Notes: generated by a model not told the origin, from the sequence alone. A DNA stretch of 63,162 bases, filler included, from Olpidium bornovanus S191 (GCA_017911155.1; 27 parts of 27 records of this genome joined end to end with filler, not necessarily neighbours in it), one strand, 5' to 3'. Shown: positions 14,251-26,870, numbered from the whole stretch's first letter. A program made the numbers and translations.

Positions 14251-14597
14251 CCCCCCCCCCCCCTTGGTTTTTTCCGCCAAAAAAAAAAAAAAAAAAAAAA
14301 AAAAACAAAAACAAAACAAAAAAGCAAAACGCGTCGGGGTTGGCGGTCCGCGCGCTCCCTCGTCTACCCCCTTCCCCCCCCCCCCCCCCTCCCCCTCGCG
14401 CTCACGCGCTCACCGCCGCCGCCGCCGCCGCCGACTGACCAAGACGGAAATCATCTTGCCGTGGGTCTCCTTATCCATGTTCGCCTGTTCCAGCAGGTCG
14501 AGCCACTGGTCGAGCTGCGCGGCGGCCTGCCGCATCGCCAGCGACAGTTCGACGGAGAGGCGGCTCAGTTCGGCCGCCGGCATGGCTCGGAGTTCGG
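13979..14597 (-). CDS. Last two exons of a coiled-coil protein with FEZ/UNC-76-like pattern
   Basis: Exons 14440-14597 (cag|...|gtcagt) and 13979-14020 (cccgcag|...TAG) splice in frame to AELRAMPAAELSRLSVELSLAMRQAAAQLDQWLDLLEQANMDKETHGKMISVL-VATAKKKAAAQQQ*. Coding status is well supported; the family call is tentative. Confidence 0.6.
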
Positions 14598-14877
14598 CTG
14601 AATGAGAAAAAAGAAAAGGAAAAAAAAAGAAAATGGGCCGGGGGGCGGGAAAAAAAAAAAAAAAAAGAAAAATAGGAATGACTCCCCCGCGCGCGCACAC
14701 CACCCCCCGACCCCGCACCCGCCGCGGTCGCCCAATTTGTTTTTTTTCCCGGGCAGAGGGGAAGCGCGTGGGAAAAGCGAGGCGTGGTGGGGGGAAGAGG
14801 GAGGAGGGGAAGGAGAGGGGCGCGAATTCACTAACAGGACAAAAAAAAATTCCCGGCAGGCGTGTCCACTTCCCCCT

Positions 14878-14916
<39 letters not shown>

Positions 14917-15192
14917 CCCCCCCCGCCGCCCCCGCCGCGGTCGCCCAATTTGTTTTTTTTCCCGGGCAGANNNNNNNNNNNNNNNNNNNNNNNNNNNNNN
15001 NNNNNNNNNNNNNNTTAATTAATTAANNNNNNNNNNNNNNNNNNNNNNNNNNNNNNNNNNNNNNNNNNNNCGGAAACACGCAAGGGAAACGGAAACTTGT
15101 GCCTCCGTCAAAATCGTCGTCTTCGACGAATTGCGGGTTGACCGTTCGCGGCAGCCCCGACGGCGGCGGAGGCGGGGAGGCGGGGGGGGGAA

Positions 15193-15235
<43 letters not shown>

Positions 15236-15244
15236 GGCATGTAC

Positions 15245-15648
15245 CTGGCTCCTCGGCTTCCAGTTCGCGCGCCAGGTTGCATAGGAACAGCGGTCGGTGC
15301 GGAGACGATTTTGCCGCTTCGTCCTGGTTTCCGCGCCGAAATCGGCGCGCCGGGCCCACGGCGGGATTCCGCACCAGGGCCGGAGCGCCCGGGATGCGAG
15401 CGGACGAGCGAGCAAGCCCCCCGCCGCGGTAAGAAAGACGCCGGCGTGGGGGGGTGGGGGGGGGGGGGGGGGGGGGGGGGGGAGGGGGGAGGGGAGGGTG
15501 TTCTGTCGGGAAAGGGAGGAAAAAAAAAAAAAAAGAAAAAAGAGGCCAACAGACGGGAGAATACACGCACGTTGAGCGATATGCGGAGGACGCGCGACAG
15601 CGCCTCGTTCTGCCAGTCGTCGAAGGACTTTGGCTGCGGCTGCACCAT
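15245..15648 (-). CDS. UFD2: Ubiquitin conjugation factor E4 (Ufd2/UBE4), N-terminal region
   Basis: Exons 15571-15648 (QPKSFDDWQNEALSRVLRISLN) and 15245-15323 (PLFLCNLARELEAEEP) match the fungal Ufd2 N-terminal FEDWQN..LSR.L.ITL...YL..LA.EL pattern. Confidence 0.75.
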
Positions 15649-15686
15649 TGTTTCCCGTTCCCGTCTGTACCGTTCCCGGAGCGGCT

Positions 15687-15717
<31 letters not shown>

Positions 15718-16324
15718 TCTTTTTTTCTGGGGCGGTTGCCTCGGGTGGGTTTGGGCCGTTGTGAGGATTCGCGGGCGTGGCGGGGTTTGCCCGGAGGGGG
15801 GGCGGGACCGGCCACAGGGCGGCGGAGCAGGAGACGGGCGCCGCACGCACCCCGCCAAGAGTCTCTCCCGCTCCCCCCCCCCCCCCCCCCCCCCTCACCG
15901 GGAACTCCCGCCGGATGCCGCTGCTGTGCGCTCCTTGCCCCTCGCCCCCACCCCTCCCCCCCTACCCCACATGCTTCGAAACTGCCAGCCCGACGACGAC
16001 AGCGGCAGGGTGGGCGCGGGGACAGTTTTTTCGCGGAACCAGGCCGGGTGGTTTTTGCTCAAACGCGCTGTTCGCCCAGAGGCCCGCTACTCACCTTCCG
16101 CCAATTCCTCCGACGCACGGCCCCCCCACCCCACACCGACCCACCCACCTCCACCACACCTCGCCACCCAAACATTCCCATTACTGCAAGCTTTCTCGAT
16201 TAAACAAGCCGCAACAAGGCGGGGAAAGGATATATGGGGGGGGGGGGGGGGGGGGGGGGGGGGGTGGTGGGGGGGGGGGGGGGGAGGGGGGGTTTAATTC
16301 CTGGATGCGACACGGCCGGTTTGT

Positions 16325-17666
16325 TCAACATCGATCTCCGTCCGCCCTTGGCGACTCTGACGTGTCGCTGGCGTCGGAGTTGTCGGAGCCGTAGCCTCCG
16401 ACCAACGACGCGAGATTCGGGGCCTGCGCAGCGGCTTTCCGGGCCGGCGCGGGCGGTGCGGGCGGTGCGGGCGGTGCAGGCGGCGCCGGTTTTGTTTTCT
16501 TGATAATTACGCCGCCGAGCATCCCGATCCCCGAACCGGCGGGTTTCCGCTTCCTCGCCTGCCCGGAGAAAGCACCGAAAGCAGGTGCGACGGCGGCCGC
16601 CGACGCTGCTGCCGTCGGGAGCGCGAACTCCTCGTCGTCAGCCAGCCGCTTCACGCGGTCCCCCTCCCCGTCGGCGGTGTGAAAAATGGCTGCTACCAGC
16701 CTCTCGTCCTCCTCGGCCGCGAGCCTGAACGCCAGCGCCTCCGGGTCCTCGTCCGCCTCGAGGGCGGCGGCCGCGGCCGCGGCCGCGACGAAGCCTTCTC
16801 CGCCCGGGATCTGGTGACCCTGCAAGGCGGCGTTGAGCCTCTCGTTTCGCGCGTTCCGGGTGCGGATCTCGTCGAGGGCGTCGAGGATGTCCATCTCCCT
16901 CTTCGAGTCGAGGGTCCGGTTTTCCAGCGCCTTCATGGGGTTGTTCTCCTCCTCCGCCTCCCGCTCCTGCTTTTCCTCCTCGCCCGCCACCTGGTCCTCC
17001 CTCCACGGTTCGAAGTTTCGCACCGCGCCGTGCTCGGCCAGGTAGTCGGAGTTTTTCGGGTCGGTCTTGAAGGTGATCTCCGCGGCGCATTTTGGGCATT
17101 TGATGTAGAACCGGAAAATTTTTATCCCCAGGTAGTTTTCCCCCTCGGCCACCTCCTTCCGGGCGTTAAACTTCTTGCCCTTGTAGATGTAGTCGCCGCA
17201 GGTCTCGCACCGCATGGAGAAAGGGGTCATGAGCCGGACCTTGACCTGCTGGTCCCTCGGCACCCGTCGCCGCGGGATCGCGGCGGGGTCAAAGTCCGGC
17301 GGATAGTACTTGTTAAGGACTGCGAGGCGTCAAAACGGAGACCGACGCGGAAGGCGGGTAGGGAACAGCGAGAGAGTGACGGAGGGTTTGGTCAGAAGCA
17401 CGAACTCGTCCGCCGCAATGGAAGCCGGGGAGACGCCGAGGCAATCAGCTCTGCGGGCAGCGTTCCCATGGCCCAACGAATGCGCGCACGCATGCGCGCA
17501 CGCGCACACACACACGCACATACCCCCCTTCCGGTCTGCTCCGGCCCGCGAGGCTGACCCTCCGGGCGGGCGGCACCCGCGGTTACCCTCTCCGCCCACG
17601 GGGAAAAGAGGCAGCGGCACACGCATCTCTCTCCGGCTGGGCGGGCATACCTTTGCGCTCCGACAT
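16325..17666 (-). CDS. YJU2: Splicing factor Yju2/CCDC94 (Cwc16), complete, 2 exons
   Basis: 16-nt exon 17651-17666 (MSERK, donor GTATGC) plus 16325-17319: [12 protein letters not shown]...[29 protein letters not shown]...[22 protein letters not shown] (two CxxC motifs). Confidence 0.96.
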
Positions 17667-19432
17667 TGTGCTCCGGCGGGAGTCCGAGCGGCGGGGTTAG
17701 TTGAGGAGGAGCGGCGCGGGCTCAAGGGGAAACGGGGAGGTCCGGAGGGGAAAGGGAAGCGGGGGCGTGGCGCGCGCGCGGGAAACGCTGACTTCTCGGG
17801 CGGGAGTGGGGAGTGTGCCCGCAGCAGCGGGGGGGCAAACGTGCGGGGCGGGGCGGGACGGCCGTGTGGGTTGTAGGTTGGGTTGGGGGGGAGGAGGTTC
17901 TGCTGCTGCGCCTGCTTTTTTTTTCCTCTGCTCTCTTTCTCTCTCTCTCTCTCGCGCTCCTTCAGGAGGGGGAGAGCAGACGAGAAAGATCCGGGCACGT
18001 GACTTTCCCGCCCTTTCACGTGCGCCCAACGCCTCCCCCGTTCTTTCGCCAGTCGTCACAGGCGCGAGAGCAGGGGGGGAGGGGGGTGGGAGGGGGTGAG
18101 ATTATTTATTTTTTTTTTTTGGTTGGTTTTTTTTCTTGTTTCTTTCTTTCGATGCGGGCGGAAAAGAGACAGGGTCTGGGGGGGCCAAATGGGGTGGGAT
18201 GGGGTGGGTGTGTGGTAAAATATGCCCTCTGGAGGAGACCCCAGAAAATCCAAGGGAGCCGCGCAAGGATTCGGAAGAGGAGAATACTGTTCTGTTTTCT
18301 TTGCGGTGTTTTGATTCTACAGATTCCGCGCCTATTTATGTTGGGATTCCGTGCGGATTCTACAAAAGGGGGAAAGNNNNNNNNNNNNNNNNNNNNNNNN
18401 NNNNNNNNNNNNNNNNNNNNTTAATTAATTAANNNNNNNNNNNNNNNNNNNNNNNNNNNNNNNNNNNNNNNNNNNNCATGACAGCGATGGACCGCGATGA
18501 ACCAGCAGGAACCCAGATAGTAAAAAAACTAAAGATGAATTTAGGAAAAAATTGGTGGTCCATGTACGAACACCTTCGCCCGAATATAGCGCTCATATTG
18601 AGGGAGCTACATTTTTTCCGTACCTTGCGTTGTTTCCCTTTTTAATCTGTGCAAAAAAAAACGGACCCACCATCCTGGACCCCGGTATACCCATAAGAGG
18701 GATAAGCGATATGAAATGAGCCACCTGGACAGCAGCGTGTAGAAAGTCGAAAGAAGGGGTTTTAGCGGAGCATTTCCCAGCCAAAACACGACCAAATGTT
18801 CGACCCGTAACTATGAAGGAGGGCTTATACGTAGAAGAGAGCAAGCCCCCAAAACGCAGCAAGCGGGTAAGTGCCGTGGGCCAACTCCTTCAACTCTAAA
18901 CAGGTCAGAAATCCGCGCCCTGTGGCTGGGGCCTCACTCAGAACGAGAAGAACCCCAAAAGCGGGCGGATGGGTTTGCTCTCCCACAGTTGTAACGAGCG
19001 AGGGGTCCGCAAAGAAGGGGCAACGGGGAGAAGAAGAGGAAGGGGGAAGTGCGAGTGTGTGTGGTGGAGGGGATTTCGACCGGACCGCAAGAGAGAAACT
19101 TCTGCCTGCAGGGGTTTCGTCCCCTCCTCCTCCTCGTTCTCCTCCTTCTCCTCCTCCTCCTGTCCCGCACGCCGGCGGCTGCTCTGACTGAACTGTGGTT
19201 TGCGCGTGCGGCGCGCTCCCGTGGGGAGCCGAACGGCGACGGGGCCAACTTACCGGCGCGCGACTTTACTCGGGCTCGCCCGGGGCAGCGGAGTTCCTTC
19301 GCCAACGCGAGAAAACGGGGGAAGGGGCGTTTGGACGGCAGAGGAAGCGCCGAGAGCGCGACGTTTTCCGGCGGAATGCGGCCGCCCGGCGGGGGGAGGG
19401 GGGTGGAGGTGAAGCGGGGGTTTCCCGCTCTC

Positions 19433-19440
19433 CTTTTATA
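19433..19440 (-). promoter_or_regulatory. TATA-like TATAAAAG
   Basis: CTTTTATA on the plus strand within GC-rich DNA, with a splice donor (gtaagt) further along the minus strand. Function untested. Confidence 0.3.
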
Positions 19441-20816
19441 CTGCGCAGGCCGGGGCGACGACGGCCGGTAAACAAAGGCAAAAAGCCCTGGAGGGGGAAC
19501 CGGGGCGGGAGAAGGGCTTGAGGCAGCTTTGCCGGATCTCAAGATTGTGGTAAGTGTTGCCCATTGCGCATAGTCATAAAACACGTGGCCCAGCCGGCCC
19601 CGAGGCGCAGCTCAGTGCGCTCCTCAAGATGTCTACAATATGGACAAAACTTATAGGGTTTTGAATTTTGAAACGTTCTGAACATGGCTTTGTGCTCATA
19701 TGCCATACAGGTCTTTTTTATAGCACGACTCCCAACATAACCATTGCTCAGAAAAAGGTTGAAGGTTTCAAAAATAACAAAGTAATTATCTGGTCCCATT
19801 GTTTTCTTGCTTACAATCTTTAGATGCTAAGAAAACATTCAGACGCCCATGACCATTCCTTTCACGTAAATGCAGATGGCTCCGGCAAGCTTCCACCTAT
19901 TATTAATTGGCCATGTAAAGCAGCCTCGGTGCTTCGAGCAGAAACCAGTCGTCCAGCTTGGCTTGTCTACAAGTCAAACAACGAAGGCTTGGATGACCGG
20001 TGTCACAGGCCAGGTACCAGACCTATGTCCCANNNNNNNNNNNNNNNNNNNNNNNNNNNNNNNNNNNNNNNNNNNNTTAATTAATTAANNNNNNNNNNNN
20101 NNNNNNNNNNNNNNNNNNNNNNNNNNNNNNNNGGGGGGGGGGGGGGCCGGGTTTGGGGGGGGGGGGGGGCGGGGAGGGGGGGGGGGAGGGGGGGGGGGGG
20201 GGGGGGGGGGTATGGAATCTCGGCCACGTGCACGGAAACGTTCCTTCCCGCTCGCGAAACGCGGGAGGGCGGCGACAAAACAAAATAAGCGGCGACAAAA
20301 AAAGAAGTCAATTGAACGAACGTGGATCAACCGCTTCGAAAGAGACGGCTTTGGCGCTGGGCTGCGTTCTCCAGACGGGGGGGAAAAGAAAAGGAGAATG
20401 GCGGCGGCGGCGGATTACGTAGCGCAGGCGACGACGATGGGATGCCGAGCGGTTCGCAGTCGTGCCGAATCAAAATTTTCTGTTTGCGGCCCTTGGGAAC
20501 GGGAGAAACAAAGAAAAGAACAAACAAAACAAGCTCTTTTTCCCCGGATCCCGCTTCTTGCTGCAAGATTTTATGCGCACACAAAAACAAACCCCCCCCG
20601 GAAACTTCCAGCCGCCCGCCAACCCGCCTAAGCTCCGGGTCACAAAATTACCTTGGCAAGCCAAAACTAAGAAAATAACGTCGCGTCTCCCGATTGCACG
20701 ACTCCCCCAGAGGCGACGACGCCTGGGGCAAGTCCTTTTCTTTTTCCTTAGGGACTGCTCCCAGCGCGGCTGCTGTTGCCCCGCGGCTGCTTTCACCCCG
20801 TTAACGTTGACACCCT

Positions 20817-21340
20817 ATGCGGGCTTCTGGATTCACCCAAACTTCCGGGGCATTGGTTCCGTCGGGCGGCTGCTCGGCCGCCGCCCGAATCGGCCTCCCG
20901 CGGCTCCTTGCTCTGCGCTTCTTCGCGGCGGCGCGCTCCACCTGTTCGAGTGCAGCCGCCATCCCAACCGCAACCGGGCGCAGAGAACGTTCGAGGGAGA
21001 GTTTGCAGTGGTCGGAAAGCGAGCTCGGCAAATTGAAGTCAGCGCTTTCCGCAAACAAGGGAACCGGCAAAACGCTGTCATGGCTCGAGATTTCGCTGAG
21101 AACCGGAAGGCCGGCCGGCGCGTGCGATTACAAGGCCAAGACTGCATTTCCGGAACTCGCACGCAGAAAGCCGAAGTGGACGCCCGGCGACGACGACCGC
21201 CTTGTGGAAGCCGTCACCCGCATGACGACCACCCTCGGAAGGTTTTCCTGGCAAGGGCTGAATGACGAGTTTCCCGAATGGAATTCCAAGACTTTAAGGA
21301 GAAAACTCAAGGAGTTATGCGACAGGGCCCCGCCCTGCGA
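20817..21340 (+). CDS. Myb/SANT-repeat protein, 3' truncated
   Basis: Two repeats: WSESELGKLKSAL...SWLEISLRTGRPAGAC and KWTPGDDDRLVEAV...FSWQGL..EFPEWNSKTLRRK. Confidence 0.8.
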
Positions 21341-23096
21341 NNNNNNNNNNNNNNNNNNNNNNNNNNNNNNNNNNNNNNNNNNNNTTAATTAATTAANNNN
21401 NNNNNNNNNNNNNNNNNNNNNNNNNNNNNNNNNNNNNNNNCATGACGGGCGCGGACCGCGGATGAGATTGTGATGGACATTTATTAGATAGCATTTCGGC
21501 CATTTTTTCTCTTGTTTTTTATGTTTCGGCTAAGGAGAGCCACACTGCAAACAAAAACCCGCCCACCACTACGAGTCCCTCGATCGGGAGCGAATTGCAC
21601 AGAACTTTCCTTTTTCTAAAGAAAACAATTTATGGCCAGGCAAAACTTCGGGGCCTGCGGAAGGGGCAGTTGCAGGGAAGAAATGCATCCGCAACGTTAC
21701 AGCAGTCGCTATCCAGCACAGCGTGGCGGGGGGTCTGATTTTTCCGTGGCCTTGTGTACTCTTTAGGTGCTGACCACAAAGCACGACGGGCCTGGTGCGC
21801 CAACAAGGGCACGCACAACTTGTTACCAGCCTGCTCGAAAAACTCCCCGGCGCATTTCGACTGACCTGCTCCTCTGCTCAGATCGCATCAACAGGCATAG
21901 TTCCAGCGAGTCACCCGGTCAGGGGAGCGTGAACACAACTTCCTGCCATATCTCTCAACATTTGACAAGCTGGATTTGCGAAAAGTTGGAGGGGTCGCTG
22001 CAGCGCCTGCAAGGGACACGGCAAACGGGCCGTTTGCCGGAGTCAGCTGCCGAACACCGTTACGTTGACCAAAAATGGCCATACTCTTCCACCCCAACAC
22101 CCCTGTCTCTGGGTTACAGGAAATTTATCCGCCTTTTTACGGTAAGCGGCTGGAGGATGCTCCTCAAAGGGGCGCGGCCGGAGCAGGACGTAAGACGATC
22201 GCCGTCTCTGATTCGACGTCGCCGCCGACGTGCGAAGTAACTAGCGGGGCAAACGTTTCGCTTGGTCTGCAGGAGTCTTTCCAGCGTGGCACCACCGCTC
22301 TCCGGTCCCTCTTTCGGGACCCTCCCAATCGCTCTCGGACGTCACAACCTACATCCTGTCGAAGGTCCCTACTGTGGAAGCAGCCTTCCCCGCCTGGGAC
22401 TTTGCGTTTCTCTGTATTCGGGGCGTAGCCCGCGCGCCCTGGCCGAGCTGCTGTACATTTTGCGCCCCCCCTACTCTACGTCCCCGATCGCACCGCAATC
22501 GGCGTCGTGATCAGCATCGCGGCTGCCCTTCTCCTCATTTTGCGCCTTTGTACTATGGACTAATTGTGAAAGAATAAAACGGGTAGTGCATTACTGGCGC
22601 GTTGAGTCGCGAGGGTTGAGGCCAATTACATCCTGAAGGCCGAGGCAGCGCCGAGAGAGAGGGAAGAGAGAAGGAGAGAGGCAAGGGGGCGCGGTTCCTG
22701 GAGCGCGATCTTTGCGTCCCGCGGAACACCACCGGGCCAGGCTCCCTGCGAACGAGGCCGAAGGACCGGGCCCTTGTGCATGCGTTAAGGTTTACAACGC
22801 CCCGCGCCCCTCGCCGCCCTCGCCGGCCCTGACGGGCCATGGTTACGGTACAGTGACGCGTTCTCGCTTTCGCAAAGAAAACGAGTATTGTTGAAACTTT
22901 TGGGTCCGCGGCCGGCTGCCCCGTCCTGCGCAGTCCGTTCACGTATTCCTGATGATGACGAGGGGGTCGCTGTCGGGCCATTTTGACGCACGGGGCTGGG
23001 GGGTGGGGGGGGGGGTCGGTCGGGATCAACGGGGAGGCAGAGGTAGCTGTTTTCAAGCTCGCGCGGAGCGCGCTGGATCTGCATCTTGATCTGCGG

Positions 23097-23602
23097 TCGG
23101 ATTTTGCGTCTGAATCTGCGTCAAATTCTGCGTCTGGATATGCCTCAAATTCGGCATTGGAATCTACGTTGGAATCTGCGTCAAATTCTGCGTGTGGATC
23201 TCCTTCGAATTTCTGCATCTGAACCTTCGTCGGATTCCGCATCTGAGTCTGCGCCAGATCTTGCATCTGAATTTGCTTCAGATTCTGCTTCTGAATTGTC
23301 ATCGGATTCTGCTTCTGAATCTGCAAGCTGAATCTGCTTCGGATTTTGCAGCTGAGTCTGCTTCGGATTCTGCAGCTGAGTCTGCCTCCGATTCTGTGCC
23401 TGAATCTGCGCCGGATTCTGCGTCTGATTCAGCGGTCGGACTCTGCGTCAAATTCTCGTCGAATTCTCCTTCTGAATCTGCAACGGATTCCGCCTCCGAA
23501 TCTGCATAGTACTTTGCATATAAATCTGCGTCGTATTCTGCGTCTAAATTGGCGTCGTGTTCTTTGTCCAAATCTGCGTCATACCCTGCATCTGAATCTG
23601 CG
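23097..23602. repeat. 12-bp minisatellite, 42 units (consensus about TCTGAATCTGCG / TCGGATTCTGCA)
   Basis: 506 nt = 42x12 + 2 single-base insertions (about 23211 and 23326). Confidence 0.92.
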
Positions 23603-23850
23603 TTGGTGATAGAAGTCAAAAAATGAGCACAGGAAAAGAAAAAAAAAAAAAAGAAAAAGAAAAAAAAAAAGAAAGAAAAAAAAAACGAAAAAAAAAAGAA
23701 AAAAACACGATTTTTCAGGGTACCTCTCAAAGGTAACTCTGGCGCTATATTTGAAGGAGCGAAGCTTGCCGATGAGTAGCTAATTGTTGTTGTCGGCGGG
23801 CGAACCTTCGAACGCGTAAACCGACGCGATGAGCCAAGTGGACCCGACAA
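23097..23850 (-). CDS. Spliced ORF with Asp/Glu/Ala/Ser tetrapeptide repeats (possibly frameshifted or pseudogene)
   Basis: Exon ...APELPLR G|gtaccc, a poly-T intron ending ccaacgcag, then in-frame DSDAGYDADLD...EADSAAESEADS. Two +1 frameshifts fall inside the repeat. Confidence 0.45.
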
Positions 23851-24271
23851 CCCTTTATTTTTCCGTCCTGCTCAAGCGACGATGCAAGGCGCATTTTCGT
23901 CGCGGACCGGTGTCATTTTGTCTTTTTCATTTTTTTTTTCTTCCCTGCTGCCCTCTCCTCTCTCTCGGTCCCTCTCACACACACGCTCTCTCACTCTCTC
24001 GCACGCACACACTCTTCTTTTTTCTTTGTCTCCCTCTCGTTCTCCGTTTCGTTCTATTTCTCTCTATCTCTCTCTCTCCCTATCTCTATCTCTTTCTATC
24101 TCTCTCTCTCCCTCTCTCTATCTCTTTCTCTCTCTCTCTCTTTCTCTCTCTCTGGGTGCCCTCTTGTGTGCTAGCGAGGAGGTGAAGTGGTTTTCCAATT
24201 GGATATTTTTTTGTTGTTTTCCCCTCGACTCTTCTTGGGAGGGGGAGGAGCGTGAAGACGTGCACCCCGAC

Positions 24272-24312
<41 letters not shown>

Positions 24313-24829
24313 AAAAAAAAAAAAAAAAAATTTCGGCTGCGGAAAGCGAGCACACCTGTTTCGCCGCTGCCTCGGGAGGCAGCGAGAGTCGTGATTTGGC
24401 GGGGTTCGTGCGTAAAAGAGCGGTCCCTTCTGCTCGTGGTCGGTTTTTGTGATGCGAGGGACGGGGGCCTGCGCGGGCCGCGCGTCTTGTCGCGTTTGTG
24501 TTGCGCCCTCTCTTTTCTGTTGAAAGAGGGTGTCAGGATCGAGACCGCGATAGGACGGCCCCTTACCCCCCAACCCCCACCCAGAAAAAAAGAAAAAAGA
24601 AAATACAAGAAAAATATTCGGGAACAACCCGGTGCGTGAGGTCATCAACAGGCCAACGACGCGCGAGCGCAGGTCGTCCAATGGAGGGCTGCCCACGCCC
24701 GCGTTTGGGCTGATGAACACAGAGGGTAAAGTATCTTTCTCGACTGTGTGTCTGCTATTCGGCTGGTCACAATGTTCAGTGCTGCGCCCGCAAGCACGCA
24801 TTCGATATTTGACAAAGCTGTGGGTGGCA

Positions 24830-26732
24830 TTACACGCGTGAAACACGGTTGTGTCTGGCTATGAAGCGGCGGCTTGCCCTGCCAATGTGGTTTATTTCCG
24901 CGACTAGGATACAGACAGAACATCCACGTCCGAACGCGCATCTACCCCAAGGTCCTTGCACTTCAAATCGGACGCCACAACCCGGAGCAGTTGGCGGGAA
25001 TAGGCAACCTGGGCAGGCACCTCTGAGTACCTTGTCGGAATGTGCAGGTTCGGGTGCGGCAAGCAGAGTTCTAGCGACTCGTTGTTCGACTTGATCAGGT
25101 CTTTCCGCCAATTACCAATGCAACCCGAGCCACTGGGTTTGTCAGGTGCGAAAAAGATTACTACACAGACCTGGGAGACGCAAACATACCAAGAACCTTC
25201 AGTTGAGATAAATGGTTGGTTAGAATACTGCAGGGAATCTGACGTCGTTCAAAAGCAGGCAGACCCACCTGGTCAGCGGTAAAGCAGACAATCTTCCTTT
25301 CCTTCTGGTAGGTCTCGACCTTGTCCACGAAGTAATCGATTACCTTTCGGATGTTTGCCTGCTGTCCGGTTTGCGCCTGCCCGCCGCTAGCTAAGCTACC
25401 TAGAATGGGCGCTGGTGCAAATCCGCTGGATTCCAGAAGCTCTTCGCAGCGGGCGACAGTCGCTCGATTGCGTATAATCTGCATCAATAAACAACGCTCG
25501 TCAATATAAGCATTCCTATAGTAGCTCAATCGAGTTAGATAGCAGACTTTCACTCCCCAACCCCATCCCTCCCCCCCCCCCTTTCCCTAACCTCGTAATA
25601 GAACGAGTCGAGGGCAGCCGCGTCTAGTTCGATTGGGTGTCAAATCTCAAATGGAAACGTTGCACAAGAATATTAGGAAGGCAGACCTGCGAGAAACGTA
25701 TCACCGTAGCTGACAAAAAAGTTCCAAATGACGAAAGTCTAGAAAGTCTCAATTTTGTCAAATTCATTGTTAAGTACGTATGCCATCCAACAAAAGAGAT
25801 GGAAGACAAGCGTACCCAGGAAATCATCTCGGCGACCTGCACACGATGAGGTATTACCGCCGCGTTGGCGCACACGAATTGTGCCGATGTATCAAGCACA
25901 CGCCACGTTTCAGCCCTGGTGGTCAGATTCTTAGTGTCTTAAATGGTGCCCCAGCCATCGCACACGGGCTGTAGGAACTCACCAATGATACTCTGTAAAC
26001 GGGATGAAGTGGGGTGAAGGAGAATCGGCCTCTGAATCAGGGCGTCCCGCGAATCCGTGAAAGGATTTCAGATTCGCCGGTAATCCTTACCGACGCGGAT
26101 TCGAAACTTCGCAAGGTGGCACAAGACGCGGTGGAAAGCAGAGAGGCACAAACTTCGGAACCGTGAACAACCATAGGCGGTTCCAGTGCGGATGGTTCTG
26201 TCAGCCGCCAATGCAAGCTCGCTGTTTGTGCCAATGGAACGTACCCAGTACATGTCGATGGAACGTACCAGTACATGTCGGCATGCAGCCTCTTCCGCAG
26301 ATTGTGGCTCATGAACGACATCAAGATATCGAGTACGGCACATATTAATGGACGAGGCTTATTTACGCGTGGAAGTGCAGGTGGTCTCTATAGCATGTAC
26401 ATGTCAGGAACAAGACGGACGTCGCAGAACGAGCGCAAATGGCGACCGCTTACCTGGTAACACAATGTCACGTTTGTCTTGGCGTCAATGTCGCAAAGCG
26501 TTCCCATAATACCGCTCTCCTCGGTGAGCACGTTGAGTATAAGCAGCACCAGTCTGCTGTAAATGAGGGCTCGGGCAGCAGAGCTGTGTTGCACCAGGTA
26601 CGAGGCAAATGACAGGAACGACACAAGCGCCGGATCCTGCGAGGTTTGTGTTGCTGGTAAAATCTGATTAAGCGATAGTTCGATCCGCACCTGCGCGCGA
26701 AGAGACAACCCAAATCCACCTTCGTCATCATG
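24830..26732 (-). CDS. ARMH3: ARMH3/C10orf76 (UPF0668, DUF1741) homologue, C-terminal part
   Basis: FLSFASYLVQH, RLVLLILNVLTEE, NIRKVIDYFVDKVETY and LIKSNNESLEL parallel recalled human FLKYSSIVMQD, KLCLIILTCIAED, NIRAIINHFNPKIESY and VVRANYDTLTL, in the correct order. The 3' end is approximate. Confidence 0.8.
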
Positions 26733-26832
26733 NNNNNNNNNNNNNNNNNNNNNNNNNNNNNNNNNNNNNNNNNNNNTTAATTAATTAANNNNNNNNNNNN
26801 NNNNNNNNNNNNNNNNNNNNNNNNNNNNNNNN

Positions 26833-26870
<38 letters not shown>

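Noticed and set aside
14718-14970. 40-bp direct repeat at 14718-14757 and 14931-14970
   Set aside because: The second copy ends exactly at the contig end after a poly-C run; most likely an assembly echo.
18477-20032. Possible exons (e.g. QAKLDDWFLLEAPRLLYMAN*) in this contig, and similar candidates at 21569-22430, 36900-37570 and 43690-44200
   Set aside because: I could not build a consistent exon chain or recognise a family, so they are not reported as features.
23086-23509. Plus-strand SESA/SDSA reading resembling bacterial serine-rich repeat adhesins
   Set aside because: No signal peptide or start context, and splice signals support the minus frame; the similarity is compositional only.
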